From Haliotis cracherodii (lineage: Eukaryota): a stretch of DNA of 64,000 nt. This document shows, piece after piece, positions 49,044 to 61,487 of the stretch; positions within the stretch are counted from its first letter, which is position 1; each line of letters starts with the position of its first letter. The stretch lies in assembly GCF_022045235.1 (NCBI RefSeq), contig NW_027266279.1, positions 1,860,001 to 1,924,000 of the forward strand. The letters run 5' to 3'. Position numbers and translations under genes: made by a program. The notes below the pieces were generated by a model. It made no database searches. It was not told the DNA's origin and saw only the letters and a program-made list of their open reading frames with translations.

Positions 49044-49884
49044 AATTTCAGATTACTTTTGAAACAATGTCAGATTGCAACATGTTTTCAAATATCGAAA
49101 GGCCAATGTTGAAGCATTGTCGATACAATGTATTTTAACGAATCAACCCCAGATCAACCAAATGCCAACACTGAAACACATTGTTCTTTCTTCACGTATG
49201 TTCTTTTGTAAATAATGACATTTATTTGTAACATTCATTCTTTAATCGTAGACCCGTGAAGATTCCGGGGTTGAATAGGTCTTCAGCAACCCATGCTTGC
49301 CGTAAAAGGCGACTAACGGGATCGGGTGGTCAGGCTCGCTGACTTGGTTGAAGCATGTCATCGATCCCAATTGCCTGGATCGATGTACATGATGTCAATC
49401 ACTGGATTGTCTGGTCCAGACTCGATTATTTACAGACCGCCGTCATATAGCTGGAGTATTGCTGAGTGCGGCGTTAAACAACAAACCAAACCAACTTTTA
49501 TCGTGACATTTGACTATTTTTGAATTTTTGTCCTTTATTTCTACTCTGTTATTTTTTACCAAATGGCCATCCATATATCTGCCCGTAAGTATTGCATGAA
49601 AAGCCTCAATAATTCCGACGGTTACGTTCCTGATAACTCGTTAGAATTCGTTGATGCTGGGGTAACTTCCACAAGGGGCATGGACTGGTTTTTACCAAAA
49701 ACACTCCACGAAATGAAACATTTGCTAAGAAATAAATTATCCGTTTTTTCCCAGTAAATGGTATGTCCCTTATAAAGATAGAAAAACAATATTTTCAATG
49801 TATATTTATTATTGAAACACGAATCACGATATTCTTTTGATGATCAAAATTCACGATCTAAATCTTGTTTTAATATTCAAGATT

Positions 49885-52800
49885 TTACACTTGTGGACAC
49901 TTTCGAACACTGCAAAGCCCCCATCCTGGCGCATCGGCAGTGTAGCACCACAGATACCCGGATGGCTGGAGGGCGCCTCCAGAAGGGTCCCGACAGTAGT
50001 TGCCGGCGCCATGGGAGCCGAGGCCTGGTGTACCGTTGGTGATGTCGAAGCTCGCGCCGTCATAGCCATGATTGTTCGGGGACGTGCTTGACCAGGACTG
50101 ACATGTTTGTCCGCTACTGGTTTCAGATTTTGTACCACTGTAGACTGCTGTTCCATCTTGCTTGGTGTAACAGTCAGCTGTGAAGAAAATGTCAGTAACA
50201 ATATTAAACACATAAATAATATGCATACTAGTTTGGTTCAATGTTTGACTATTTTCATTTGTGTGTGTTTGTTTGTTGTTTAACGCCGCACTCAGCAATC
50301 TTATAGCTATATGACGGCGGTCTGTAAATAATCGAGTCCAGACCAGACAATCAAGTGATTGACATCATGAGCATCGATCCACGCAATTTCATAGGGCGAA
50401 AAGGCAAAATAGTGATGACATATATATGAATGAATCACTTAAGATCAGTGATGACACCAAGTGTTCACAAAAGTCAAAGCATGTCAGTGTCAATAGTGAG
50501 AGTTTGTTTGTTGTCTGACACCGCACTCATCAATACTCCCGCAATACGACGGCGGTCTGTAAACAATCGATCCTGACCAGACAATCCAGTGATCAGTATC
50601 ATGAGCCATGGTCCAAGCCTGTTCCCCCGACCCACTACAGTAGTGTCAGTGAGTAATGAGGTGTGAAGACCCGTTAAGGTCATAATATTGGATAGCATCG
50701 GGCACCATATTGACATGCGACGTGTCATATTTGACAAATTCCTCTGCTTGTCTTCTATATAATGTTTGGTATGATTTCCGACATTTGATGGTGAATAAAG
50801 GCCATAAAAACACGAGCATGGCATCATAAGCATCGTTCCACGCAATTGAGATACGATGACATGCCAAGTCAACCAAGTCAACCAAGTCAGCGAGGCTGAC
50901 CACCCGATGATACCGCACGACCCCGTTAGTCGCCTCTCACGACAAGCACAGTCGACTCTTACGACAAGCACAGTCACCTCTCACGGCAAGCACAGTCGCC
51001 TCTCTCGACAAGCACAGTCACCTCTCACGACAAGCACAGTCGACTCTTACGACAAGCACAGTCGCCTCTAACGACAAGCACAGTCGCCTCCTACGACAAG
51101 CACAGTCGCCTCCTACGACAAGCACAGTCACCTCTCAAGACAAGCACAGTCGCCTCTCACGACAAGCACAGTCGCCTCTCAAGACAAGCACAGTCGCCTC
51201 TCACGACAAGCATTCGCGGATCTTCACGGGTCTTCGTTTGTGTCAGGTTAAGGGAACAACAAATTGATTTTCGACAGGGGATTGGGTGTGGTGGTTGTGG
51301 TTGGTTTGAGATCAGCATTTTCTTCTTAATGCTTGGGAGGTCAATTATTTTTATCCAAGAAATAGGTGCTCAATTAATATTTAAATAAATAATAACAGCG
51401 AGTTGTATTCTGTGGACAGTTGAATATACACTTTTATACAGGATCGTCTGTGACCGGGGGTAAAACCCTCCCACATTTCGGCCTCCATGTGCAGCGCCAT
51501 CTTTTTTAAGTTGGTTGGTCAAATACATTATCTGTCTGTCGAAGTTGTGACAGACAGACAGATAATGTATTTGAGTCTCACCTCGTTATTATATAATACA
51601 TGGTGAATACACTCCTTAAAAATTTATTAGTATAAAAGCATATAGAGTAACGAGCCACTCCCGAGAGACTATTTAACATGGGTTTGTTTGTTTGTTGTTT
51701 AACGCCGCACTCAGCGATATTCCAGCTATATGAAGGCGGTCTGTAAAATAATCGAGTCTAGGCCAGACAATCCAGTGATTGACATCATGAGCATCGATCC
51801 ACGCAACTGGGATCGATGACATGTATCAACCACGTCAGCGAGCCTAACCACCCGATCCCTTTAGTCGCCTCTTACGACAAGCATAGTCGCCTTTTACGGC
51901 AAGTTTGGGTTGCTGAAGACCTATCCTACCCCGGAATCTTCACGGGTCCTTTAACATTGGTAAAAACATGTATACATTTTCACACATGTTACACCTGATA
52001 GTATTGATTGTACCAGGCTATTCACAAAAGACAATAATCTATAGTACTACGTGGTGTAGAGCATCCGATCTGGTTGTTAAAATATTATTGCAGGTCTTGA
52101 CAGTTGTAAAAATCAATTCTGGGCGGGACAGTATAAAACCTACTTTCTGTAAATCACTAAAACTATCAAAATCAGAACAAATTTAACGACATTTGGATAT
52201 AAGACAAAATCTAAGATCTTCATAGTGTGGACAATATAATGTAACATGCCTTTTATCTTCTATTTCATCCGTAAAAAACGGGCAGATTCTCTCTGCAAGA
52301 GGTGTATTGGGGTAGCGTCCTGTCTCAACTCTCAGCGGTGCTGCACCACTTCTAAACCTTGACAGGGCGCTACGTAGTTCTAGGGAGGCTTTTGTGTACA
52401 CATTCTTCAATACCGTAATTATCCTTCCATGAATCGACCCCTGAAGATCTGATGGTTACATTCAGCAACCCATGCTTGCTGTAAAAGGCGACTATGCTTG
52501 TACTCAGCAATATTCCAGCTATATGAAGGCGGTCTGTAAATAATCGAATCTGGACCAGACAATCCAGTGATTAATATCATGAGCATCGATCCACGCAATT
52601 GGGATCGATGACATGCATCAACCAAGTCAGCGAGTTAGTCGCCTAAGTTAGTACGGCAAGCATGGGTTGTTGAAGACCGATTCTACCCCGGATCTTCACG
52701 TCTCACCAATGCGGGGCATATGTAGATAAACATCAGCAAAACATAGGCTTGATTGTTTATAAAGAAGAAATCCAGGATAACCCACCCCACCGCCATCACC

Positions 52801-53156
52801 CTCCATTTGAAAATCAATCAAACGGCTGATACCTGAAGTGGGAGAAGGGTCCAAAATGAACTTCAAACGACAGCGCATGATTGGACGACTTTTGTTCTCA
52901 GGTTTCAGACCGACTCCGTGGGCTAGAGGTAGAGCGGAAGGTCCGGGGTTCATGATCAATCCCCGGCCGCGTCATACCAAAAGACGTTAAAAGATGGTAC
53001 TTTTTTTGTTACCCGGCCTGGTGATCGGCATTAAGGGGCTAAAATAAGGACTGGTCGGCTCGAAGTCAGTGTCTGAGTGGGGTATTCATGTTAAACTGCG
53101 GCATGGTATCTCAGTGAGCTAGCACTTTTAATCGGCATCAGTCCGGACTTGTACAA

Positions 53157-53200
<44 letters not shown>

Positions 53201-53494
53201 ACACGTACGTGCAGGCACGTCGCTATAAAAGTGCAATAATCTTGAACGCGACGTCAAACCCCATTTCACCTCACCTCACCTCTCAGGTTTCAAAAAACGA
53301 ATTAAAACGAATGGTTCACTGGACATGTTGGTTGTTCTGAAAATTAATGTGATGTCTCACAAACTGTTTCCCTCATGCTTCAAGCGAAAAGGATTTGTAA
53401 GTCCATGCAATTATTAAACAGAACATTACTTACTACCGCAAGCTGCCAGTGTAAAGAGAACTGCCAAGGTCGTGAGGAGCAGGAGACGTGCCAT
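49885..53494 (-). CDS. Secreted single-kringle protein K4, 117 aa; exons join(53494..53434, 50177..49885)
   Basis: Exon 1 encodes MARLLLLTTLAVLFTLAACG followed by gtaagt. Acceptor ttttcttcacag. Exon 2 encodes TDCYTKQDGTAVYSGTKSETSSGQTCQSWSSTSPNNHGYDGASFDITNGTPGLGSHGAGNYCRDPSGGALQPSGYLWCYTADAPGWGLCSVRKCPQV*. AATAAA at 49810-49805. Confidence 0.9.
50928..51210. repeat. 22-bp tandem repeat (GACAAGCACAGTCGCCTCTCAC, ~13 copies) inside a family B element
   Basis: Tandem units flanked by the family B body on the left and its head (ggatcttcacgggtc) on the right. Confidence 0.9.
52010..52430 (-). mobile_element. LINE 3' fragment (RTE-X-like C-terminus) in the K4 intron
   Basis: Peptide LRSALSRFRSGAAPLRVETGRY....ERIC....EIEDKRHVTLYCPHYEDLR. 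Confidence 0.65.
52908..53283 (+). mobile_element. SINE family C, full length
   Basis: Homologous to the reverse complement of 26190-26549. Confidence 0.82.
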
Positions 53495-55191
53495 GTTGGA
53501 TGCTGTGCAGCGGAGATCGACTGGTTGTTGCTACGGAGTAGGTACTACACACGTCGTGGTAGACAGTCAAATGTTGACGTGGATGGCGCGATTCCCATTT
53601 TAAATGATGTACCAACCAATTAACCTCGCTGACATGTGCGACAGATGTGCGGCCAACGTATTGTCAAATGCTCATAATGTTTTTGTCCTAGTTAATCTGT
53701 TCAGTTGCATGCTATCACATGTATACATCTCCACACATGGATAAAAATTGCATCCAGATATTAGATAATGGGGACTGGCTGTCGGTTGTGTTGGGAATGG
53801 AATTTCAAATGAACCCCAGAGAGTGATTGGCAATGCGCTCGATGGCTAACTTTTGGAATCAGATAGAACAGAACCGGGTGGTATTTTATGAACCGATTGG
53901 TACCCATCACAGACATGAGTGTGTAATCATATCCTGGAAGTACGGTAAGGTAGCATAGTGGTTAAAGCGATCGCTCGTCACAATGAATATTCCGGTTCGA
54001 TTCCCAATATGACATAGCTTGAATAATGTAAATCCCAGCTCAATAATCCCCCAGGTGACCGCCTATGTGGTCTAGTGGATAGAGCGTCTGCGTGGTTCGA
54101 TTCCCGGCCGCGTCATACCAAAAGACGTTAAAAGATTGTACTTGTTGTTACACTGCCTGGCGCTCGGAATGCTTGCCGTAAAAGGCGACTGTGCTTGTCG
54201 TAAAAGGCGACTAACGGGATCGGGTGTTCAGGCTCGCTGACTTGGTTGATGCATGTCATCAATCCCAATTGCTTGGATGATATCAATCACTGGATTGTCT
54301 GGTACACAATCGATTATTGACCTACCGCCATCATATAGCTGGAATAAACAACAAAACAATCAAACAACCTGGCGCTCGGCATTATTGGGATTGAACAAGG
54401 AATGGTCAGTTCGGAGTATATTGTGTCTCAGTGGGGTATGCGTGTTAAACACCGGTATTAGTCCGGACTAGTACAATGCTCCCCCCCCCCCCCCCCCCCC
54501 CCTCTCTCTCTCTCTCTGGGGCGGTCGGGTAGCCTTGTGGTTAAAGCGTTCGCTCGTCACGCCGAAGACCATTTCTGGTGTCCTCCGCCGTGATATTGCT
54601 GGAATATTGCTTAAAGCGGAGTAAAACAATACTCACTCACTCACTCATTCACACATACACACATACAGGCACTCACGCACGCACACACACGCAAACGCTG
54701 ACCTTGATAGCGACGTTAACCCAATTCGCCTCGCCTCACTCATACACAAGGCAGTGTCAGCAGGTCGTGATTACGCAAATCCATGGATTCAAATACATAG
54801 GGGTTGGTGAGTTGATGAGTTGGTGGGAATGACTAGCCTGACAGTAACGGGACATGACAGCTGCTGAACAGTATCAACTAACAATCGTCATGGATCTATT
54901 AATAAGCAGCTGTACCGGTCATTGGAAGGTTTATCGCCAGCTAACGTCCATCATACCAACATGGAATCTGACAATGCATTGTTCAAATTGTCGTTATGTA
55001 GATACTATAGATTCAACATATGTATAATTGGCTCGTGGTAAGTCTTTGATTGGTTTCATGGAAATTGTGTGGATTTGGTACTGACAAGTTGTCACATTGG
55101 CACACCTGGCCCTGAAAAGTGGTTTCTGTCTGCAGGCTTTCTACACATATACACAGAGTTTGAGAGAAAGAAGTGAAAGTTTGGGACCTGA

Positions 55192-55455
55192 CGACGGGCT
55201 TGTTTTGTTTCGTCTTAGGCGCTGCGATTCGCTGTGCAGAGTTGCGTCCCTTGGGCACACCAGAAACCTATGATTGTGGGTTTGAATCCCGGTTCGTCCC
55301 GATTATGTTTCTAGAATTGTCAGCACCATACCCATGCTCGTGGGTTTCACCGAAGTGGTAAACGTCTGAGACCTGCATCACTTCGGGCTTTCCTCACACA
55401 TTTCGCTGACATGCCGTGATATAACTGGAATACTGTTTAGGTCGCCGTTAAACCT
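55192..55455 (+). mobile_element. SINE family D copy
   Basis: Homologous to 61488-61768. Confidence 0.82.
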
Positions 55456-56022
55456 CAAATGAGAGAGGTGAGGAAAATAAAATGTACAAGAAATTGTGAA
55501 ACAAATTATATCATCAACTACATGTCATAATATGATAATGGTTTAATGTGAAGTTTCAACGATATACATGTTTTTCATTGGACGAGACGTTGGTCACATG
55601 ACCGCCACAGGTTCAACAACTTATCGTGTCGGCCATTTTGACGTCTTGTATTTGACGTAAAAAATGTATTAAAATGCGCTGTCAAAGTGACTGACTCACG
55701 GAGGTAGTTCTTTGAGACCTCTTTTTATCTAATGATATTTAAATCTATTTGCTGTAACCAGACTACAAAAGATGTTCCTGTTGAGCAAGTTGAGCATACG
55801 CTCAGTTTGTTGTTTTATGGTTGCCACACGCTCAAAATGAAATTGTGTTATACATCCCTCGAGGTATGAAATAGTTATATCAAAACAAACATTGCTACAG
55901 ATCCGACGTTCATACAGTTTGGTTTCAAACTCCAATGAACTCACACAAAGTGAATGTCAATTCTTAACGCTCAAAATAACAGAGATGGAAATGAGAGACA
56001 TCCATTTTTATATTTCTGATAT

Positions 56023-56073
<51 letters not shown>

Positions 56074-57403
56074 ATGCACGTCGCTATATAAGTGCAATAA
56101 TCTTGGACGTGGCGTTAAATTATGTACAGTTATTGTTTATACCAAAATGGTTAAAAAAACAACCTTCCACTGCAGACAACATAATTCATTTTACAATCAT
56201 TAGTAGAGAAACACATAACCCGTCAAAAAGGCACATTTTACTGCGCTTTCGTAGACTTTAAGAAAGCATATGATATGGTGAATAGAAATAAATTGTTGTT
56301 ACAGTAGCTTATCCCGGAGAACGGGGCTCCGCGTGGGTCGTATCTCAAGCTACCAACATTTGCATGGTTTGTCAGATCTAAAATCGATTACTAAATGTAC
56401 ATATTTACAGTACTGTACGTAATATTGATTGGGCGTACCTAATCCCACACGGTCACTCACATGTACGCATGCGTGATGTGTCACGCCCAACTAATCGATT
56501 TGCTTATTGGAAAATATAGCATTGTCTTGGATCCACCCCCTGCCTTGTATACACTAATGGCTTTCCAATGAATTAAATGTTATCGTGTAATGTTCAGTAT
56601 GGTTATAAACATAGATTTTATAAACAAAACCTTATAAATTTCCTGACAATTGATTCAGTCAGTTGTACGGTATGTAATTAAATTTGGAGCTGACAGTCAA
56701 TTGGCAGTATGAAATTGTTGATATATATTGTCTCCAGTATCATAAATAACGAAGCTGGACCGTATAATCGATTTTGAAGTCACAGGTGGCTGTGTAAAGA
56801 CATTTGGGCTGCGTTTTATCAGTGACTAACAGTCATGGACCAACGGCAGAAATTTGCTGCAGTAAACAGTCGGAAACAGATGCTTCGATGATCGTCAGAA
56901 ACACGATGTTACGTTTGTGTGGTTAATCCAGTACGAAGTACGAAGTAATAGGCAGTTTTAATGCAAGCTGGAAAAACAATCATTCGTTTTTGATAATCTT
57001 CCCTCGAAAATCTGACGTATAATAGACTTGCGCAACACATCATTTGACATCTGTCCAAATATTGCGACGCACGAGGGTACGGTTGATAATTACACGGAAG
57101 TAGTAATTATTATCCTCAGATCAATATTCTCACAATTGGTGAAATCGTCACCACGTGATCAGCAGAAATATCGCTATATGAAAACCAATTAACGGTTTCC
57201 AATTTCAACACAAAACGCATACGGCGACAATATTAACAAACAAGTTCAGCATTTCTTATACAACTTTTATCAGCACACATTTGGTTTACCTGTAAATAGA
57301 AAAAGAAACACAACTAAAACATTTGAATGGGATATTGTCATAATGATATTTTAGATAACACCTCATCTGCATGGCTGCCAAAGCAATCGCACTGTATCCA
57401 ATG

Positions 57404-57565
57404 GTGAGTGAGTTTGGTTTTACGCCGCTTTTAGCAATATTCCAGCAATATCACGGCGGGGGGCACCAGAAATGGGCTTCACACATTGTACCCATGTCGG
57501 GAATCGAACCCGGGTCTTCGGCGTGACGAGCGAACGCTTTAACCACTAGGCTACCCGCCCGCCCC
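57404..57565 (-). mobile_element. SINE family A, full length
   Basis: Near-identical reverse complement of 61276-61441. Further copies at 18350-18478, 54518-54648 and 59916-60072. Confidence 0.88.
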
Positions 57566-58477
57566 ACTGTGTCCAATAGAGAAGTACTTAATATGAGGAA
57601 CATGTTGCTATGGTGAGGGACACGTTGACCCATTGTACCACTGTGTAAATCCAACATAAAAATATTTATTGTTTGACGCCGCACTCAGCAATATTCCAGC
57701 TGTATGACGGCGGCCTGTAAATAATCAAATCTGGACCAGACAATCCAGTGACTGACATCGTGAGCATCAATCTTGGCAAATTGGGATATGATGGCATGCA
57801 TCAACCAAGTCAGCGAGCCTGACCACCCGATGCCGTCATCGCCTCTTACGACAAGCATAGTCGTCTTTCACGCCAAGCATGGGTTGTTGAAGACCTATTC
57901 TATCCCGGGTCTTCCCGGGTCCATGAAATGTATATACATGATGCAGTTGGTGTACAGCGTATCGACAAGTTTGCCAATATCGGTGCCTCTAATCTTTTCC
58001 TACGCTACACCTTCAACTCCATATATGGCGAATAACACTCACTCTCTTTGAGATCTGACCAACCATACCAACAGAAAGGTCACTGGGGGTCACCTCTCTA
58101 AAACGACCAGCTTCAATTCTTCTCAACACCAGATAATAATTAGTCTCGATTCCATGCCGAAACAGATTCCAGATGGCGTAAACGGCAAAATAGTGATATC
58201 AATTATATGAATGAATCACTGAAAATAAGTTTAGACACCAGGTGTTCGCGAAAAGGGTTCGTCTGTCCTGTTCTACCGGTAGCCCTCGACACTCACACAG
58301 TTATCTTCAAAACATAAGTTTGTTGCCTAATACTCCTGCCATACGACCGCTGGCTGTAACAATCGCGTCTGGGCCAGACAATCTGGAGATCAGAATCACA
58401 CGACGTCGTCATGATCCACGTTGTCGGGATACGATGCCACGCCGTCAACCAAGTCTGATCCTCCGACCCATTACAGT

Positions 58478-58851
58478 GACACACACACACAGACCACACC
58501 ACATACCACACCACAAACACANNNNNNNNNNNNNNNNNNNNNNNNNNNNNNNNNNNNNNNNNNNNNNNNNNNNNNNNNNNNNNNNNNNNNNNNNNNNNNN
58601 NNNNNNNNNNNNNNNNNNNNNNNNNNNNNNNNNNNNNNNNNNNNNNNNNNNNNNNNNNNNNNNNNNNNNNNNNNNNNNNNNNNNNNNNCCACACATACAC
58701 ACAGACCACACCACATACACACACACATACACACACAGCCCACATCACACACATACCACACCACACACACACACAGACCACACCACACCACATACACACA
58801 CACAGACCACACACACGCAGACCACACCACACACACACACATACACACCAA

Positions 58852-58885
<34 letters not shown>
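58478..58885. repeat. (CA)-rich compound microsatellite containing an assembly gap (N at 58522-58688)
   Basis: Visible directly. Confidence 0.97.
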
Positions 58886-61275
58886 CACAGAGGGATTACA
58901 ACACGAGTGTCTGTCAGATACTATTTATGTAACAACAAAACGTCTCTAACGAGCAAAAGCTCGTAGTTAGTGCTACAACACTCTTCCCATGAATATACAC
59001 TAAGCATGTGAGCCAATATATGTACCAATTAGTCGATAAATCTTTTAAAATAGGATAGAATGCTACCCAGTGGAAAATCTGAATTTTGCTTTGATTATAT
59101 TTCAAACAAGAAGTTTTCCGAGCACAGCGTTCGTTTCCACAACTAATTTGATTCGCTTGATTTCATCTTGATAATTTGTATTGGTGACAAAGACCATTTG
59201 TCATTTGATTTTAAAATGTATGAGGAATTCGGAGATGTATGTATCGCAGCTGAGTTTGAAATATGTGCGATGTGATGGACGTTTCATAACCGACATACGT
59301 GAAATATGATTTTGTAAACGCTATTTCCAATATGGCGGAAAGTACATATCGGAGTTCGTGTTTGCGTATTTTCTAAAACGTTCTAAATGATTCTAGGCGA
59401 TTATAATTGGTGGTTTGATGAAAAATAGAGAGAAGTCTACCCTTGATCACTAATCTGCTATTTTTGAAATTCAATTCTTCGATTAGATCTAAATATCCAA
59501 TATTTAGATTTGTAAACAAACAACAAATAATTAACGCCGTGCATAATTTAGTAATGTTTCAAAATATATGATGTATCTTATAATCTTTCAGTAGTTTTGC
59601 TTTGCCTAAAATGACAGTGGATGATATGACAGAAAAGGGAATTTCCTACAGAATTCAAAACTGTGAAGTGTATAAGTGCGCGTGATGTATTTTGATTTTT
59701 GTTCGACTTCGGAGTGAGGGTTGATGAGGAGGGACTTCTATGTCACTGTGGCATCGAGGGGTGTAACACTCTAAAACCATAACGTTCAACACAGACGTAG
59801 GTGAACATTCGACAGAAGCACGAGTAACTTAATAAGCAATGACTTACGATTAGGAAAGTAGTCCGTCATAATCTGACCTCAGGTCATCACCATGGAGTAG
59901 CCAATCACGGGCGTGGGTGAGTGAGAATGGTTTTTACGCCGCTTTTAGCAATATTCAAGCAATGTCACGGCGGGGGGACCCCAGAAATGGGCTTCGCCCA
60001 TTGTATCCTTGTCGGGAATCGAACCCGCGGATCTTCGGCGTGACGAGTGAACACTTTAACCACTAGGCTACACGGGCCTGGAATTCGATCCCCCACGTAT
60101 GTTTGATAAAAGCTATCTCACATGGATTTCCCACCCACAGGTGTGTAAGAAAAGACACCCTGAGAAACGACAGGATGTCCATACCGCAACAACACAACAG
60201 CGCGGCGTCTCTTATTTCCATTCGGAACTGCCCATTTACGTCTCTTTAAAAGAGACAGTTATCTGAATAGTTCGCTCACACGAACCGAGTATTAAGAAGG
60301 ATCGCCGCTGATTATCTGTTTCAAAACGTAAAATGACGCTACGCGAGGGTTTGTCAAATCTTCACGCAGTCAGGTGTCGATCGTATCGGAGTAATAGATA
60401 TGAATTTAATGAGAGGGAAGAATACTACACGTCAAAGATGGTGTGTCATTCGATTACATATTAGCCGGAGATCATCTGTTTTATACAATATGCCATATTT
60501 AATATATCTGTAAAAGGTTAAAAAACACAAGTTTTAAAATTCGTATCTTGATGATATTTTCTGACGAAACATATATGTTTCGCAAAGTGACATATTGATA
60601 CACAAAAAGATAAATAAAATAATCTTCAAACTGTTCCAATAGTTATTTGACTCCCGTTTAAGCTTTCTCTTTCAACGGACATTACAAAGAGTATCACACG
60701 ACTCATGCTAAAAAAACACGCTTGATCAAGTTTACAACATTCAAGGCCTCAGCAAGGCTTTCAACAAGCGTTATGGTAGACATGTGGAGGACCTTTCCAC
60801 AGTAAAAAGTTGGCAACTGTGCTGACAGCCATTTACCGCAAACGTATAAAACATAACGGTATATGTCTGCATTCGGAACCTGGGGTAATATCGAGGAGCC
60901 TCCGGACCCACATAAATTCTGCACTTTTAGCACGTGCACGTAAGGTCACATGATAGGAAGCACATGGCGCTTCAGGCTTCGTTCAAAAAGAAAGTCAGAA
61001 CGTCCAGACAGGAACGTAGACGAGTATTTGTTTTATCTGCGATTTTGGAATCTGCTTACAGATCAAGAAAATGACGAAAGGTTGGAAATTTCTTGGGTTT
61101 TTTTGTATACCAAATATTGGGTTTTCTTATTTCTATCATTTTAAAGCTCGCCTTATAAACCTGTCATCGATTGAGTCTACAATTAATAGGTTTCTTTCCA
61201 TGACAATGTATTCAAGTGTTCCTTGTATTCTGTATTGGTCTTTACTCCACACAATCTGTGGTTCATAAACCGCCA

Positions 61276-61441
61276 GGGGCGGGCGGGTAGCCTGGTGGTT
61301 AAAGCGTTCGCTCGTCACGCCGAAGACCCGGGTTCGATTCCCGACATGGGTACAATGTGTGAAGCCCATTTCTGGTGTCCCCCGCCGTGATATTGCTGGA
61401 ATATTGCTAAAAGCGGCGTAAAACCATACTCACTCACTCAC
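61276..61441 (+). mobile_element. SINE family A, full length
   Basis: A and B boxes, common tail and aaaccgcc flanking duplication. Confidence 0.9.
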
Positions 61442-61487
61442 AAACCGCCGAGCTCGGTGAAGCTGGGCATGCTTCAAACTGTCGTGA

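Noticed and set aside
29120-53494. One multi-kringle (plasminogen or apo(a)-like) gene
   Set aside because: Each kringle exon ends in a stop plus AATAAA and has its own promoter block and ATG exon; no protease or PAN exon was found.
58242-58966. ORFs spanning the N run
   Set aside because: Artefacts of (CA)n sequence and the assembly gap.
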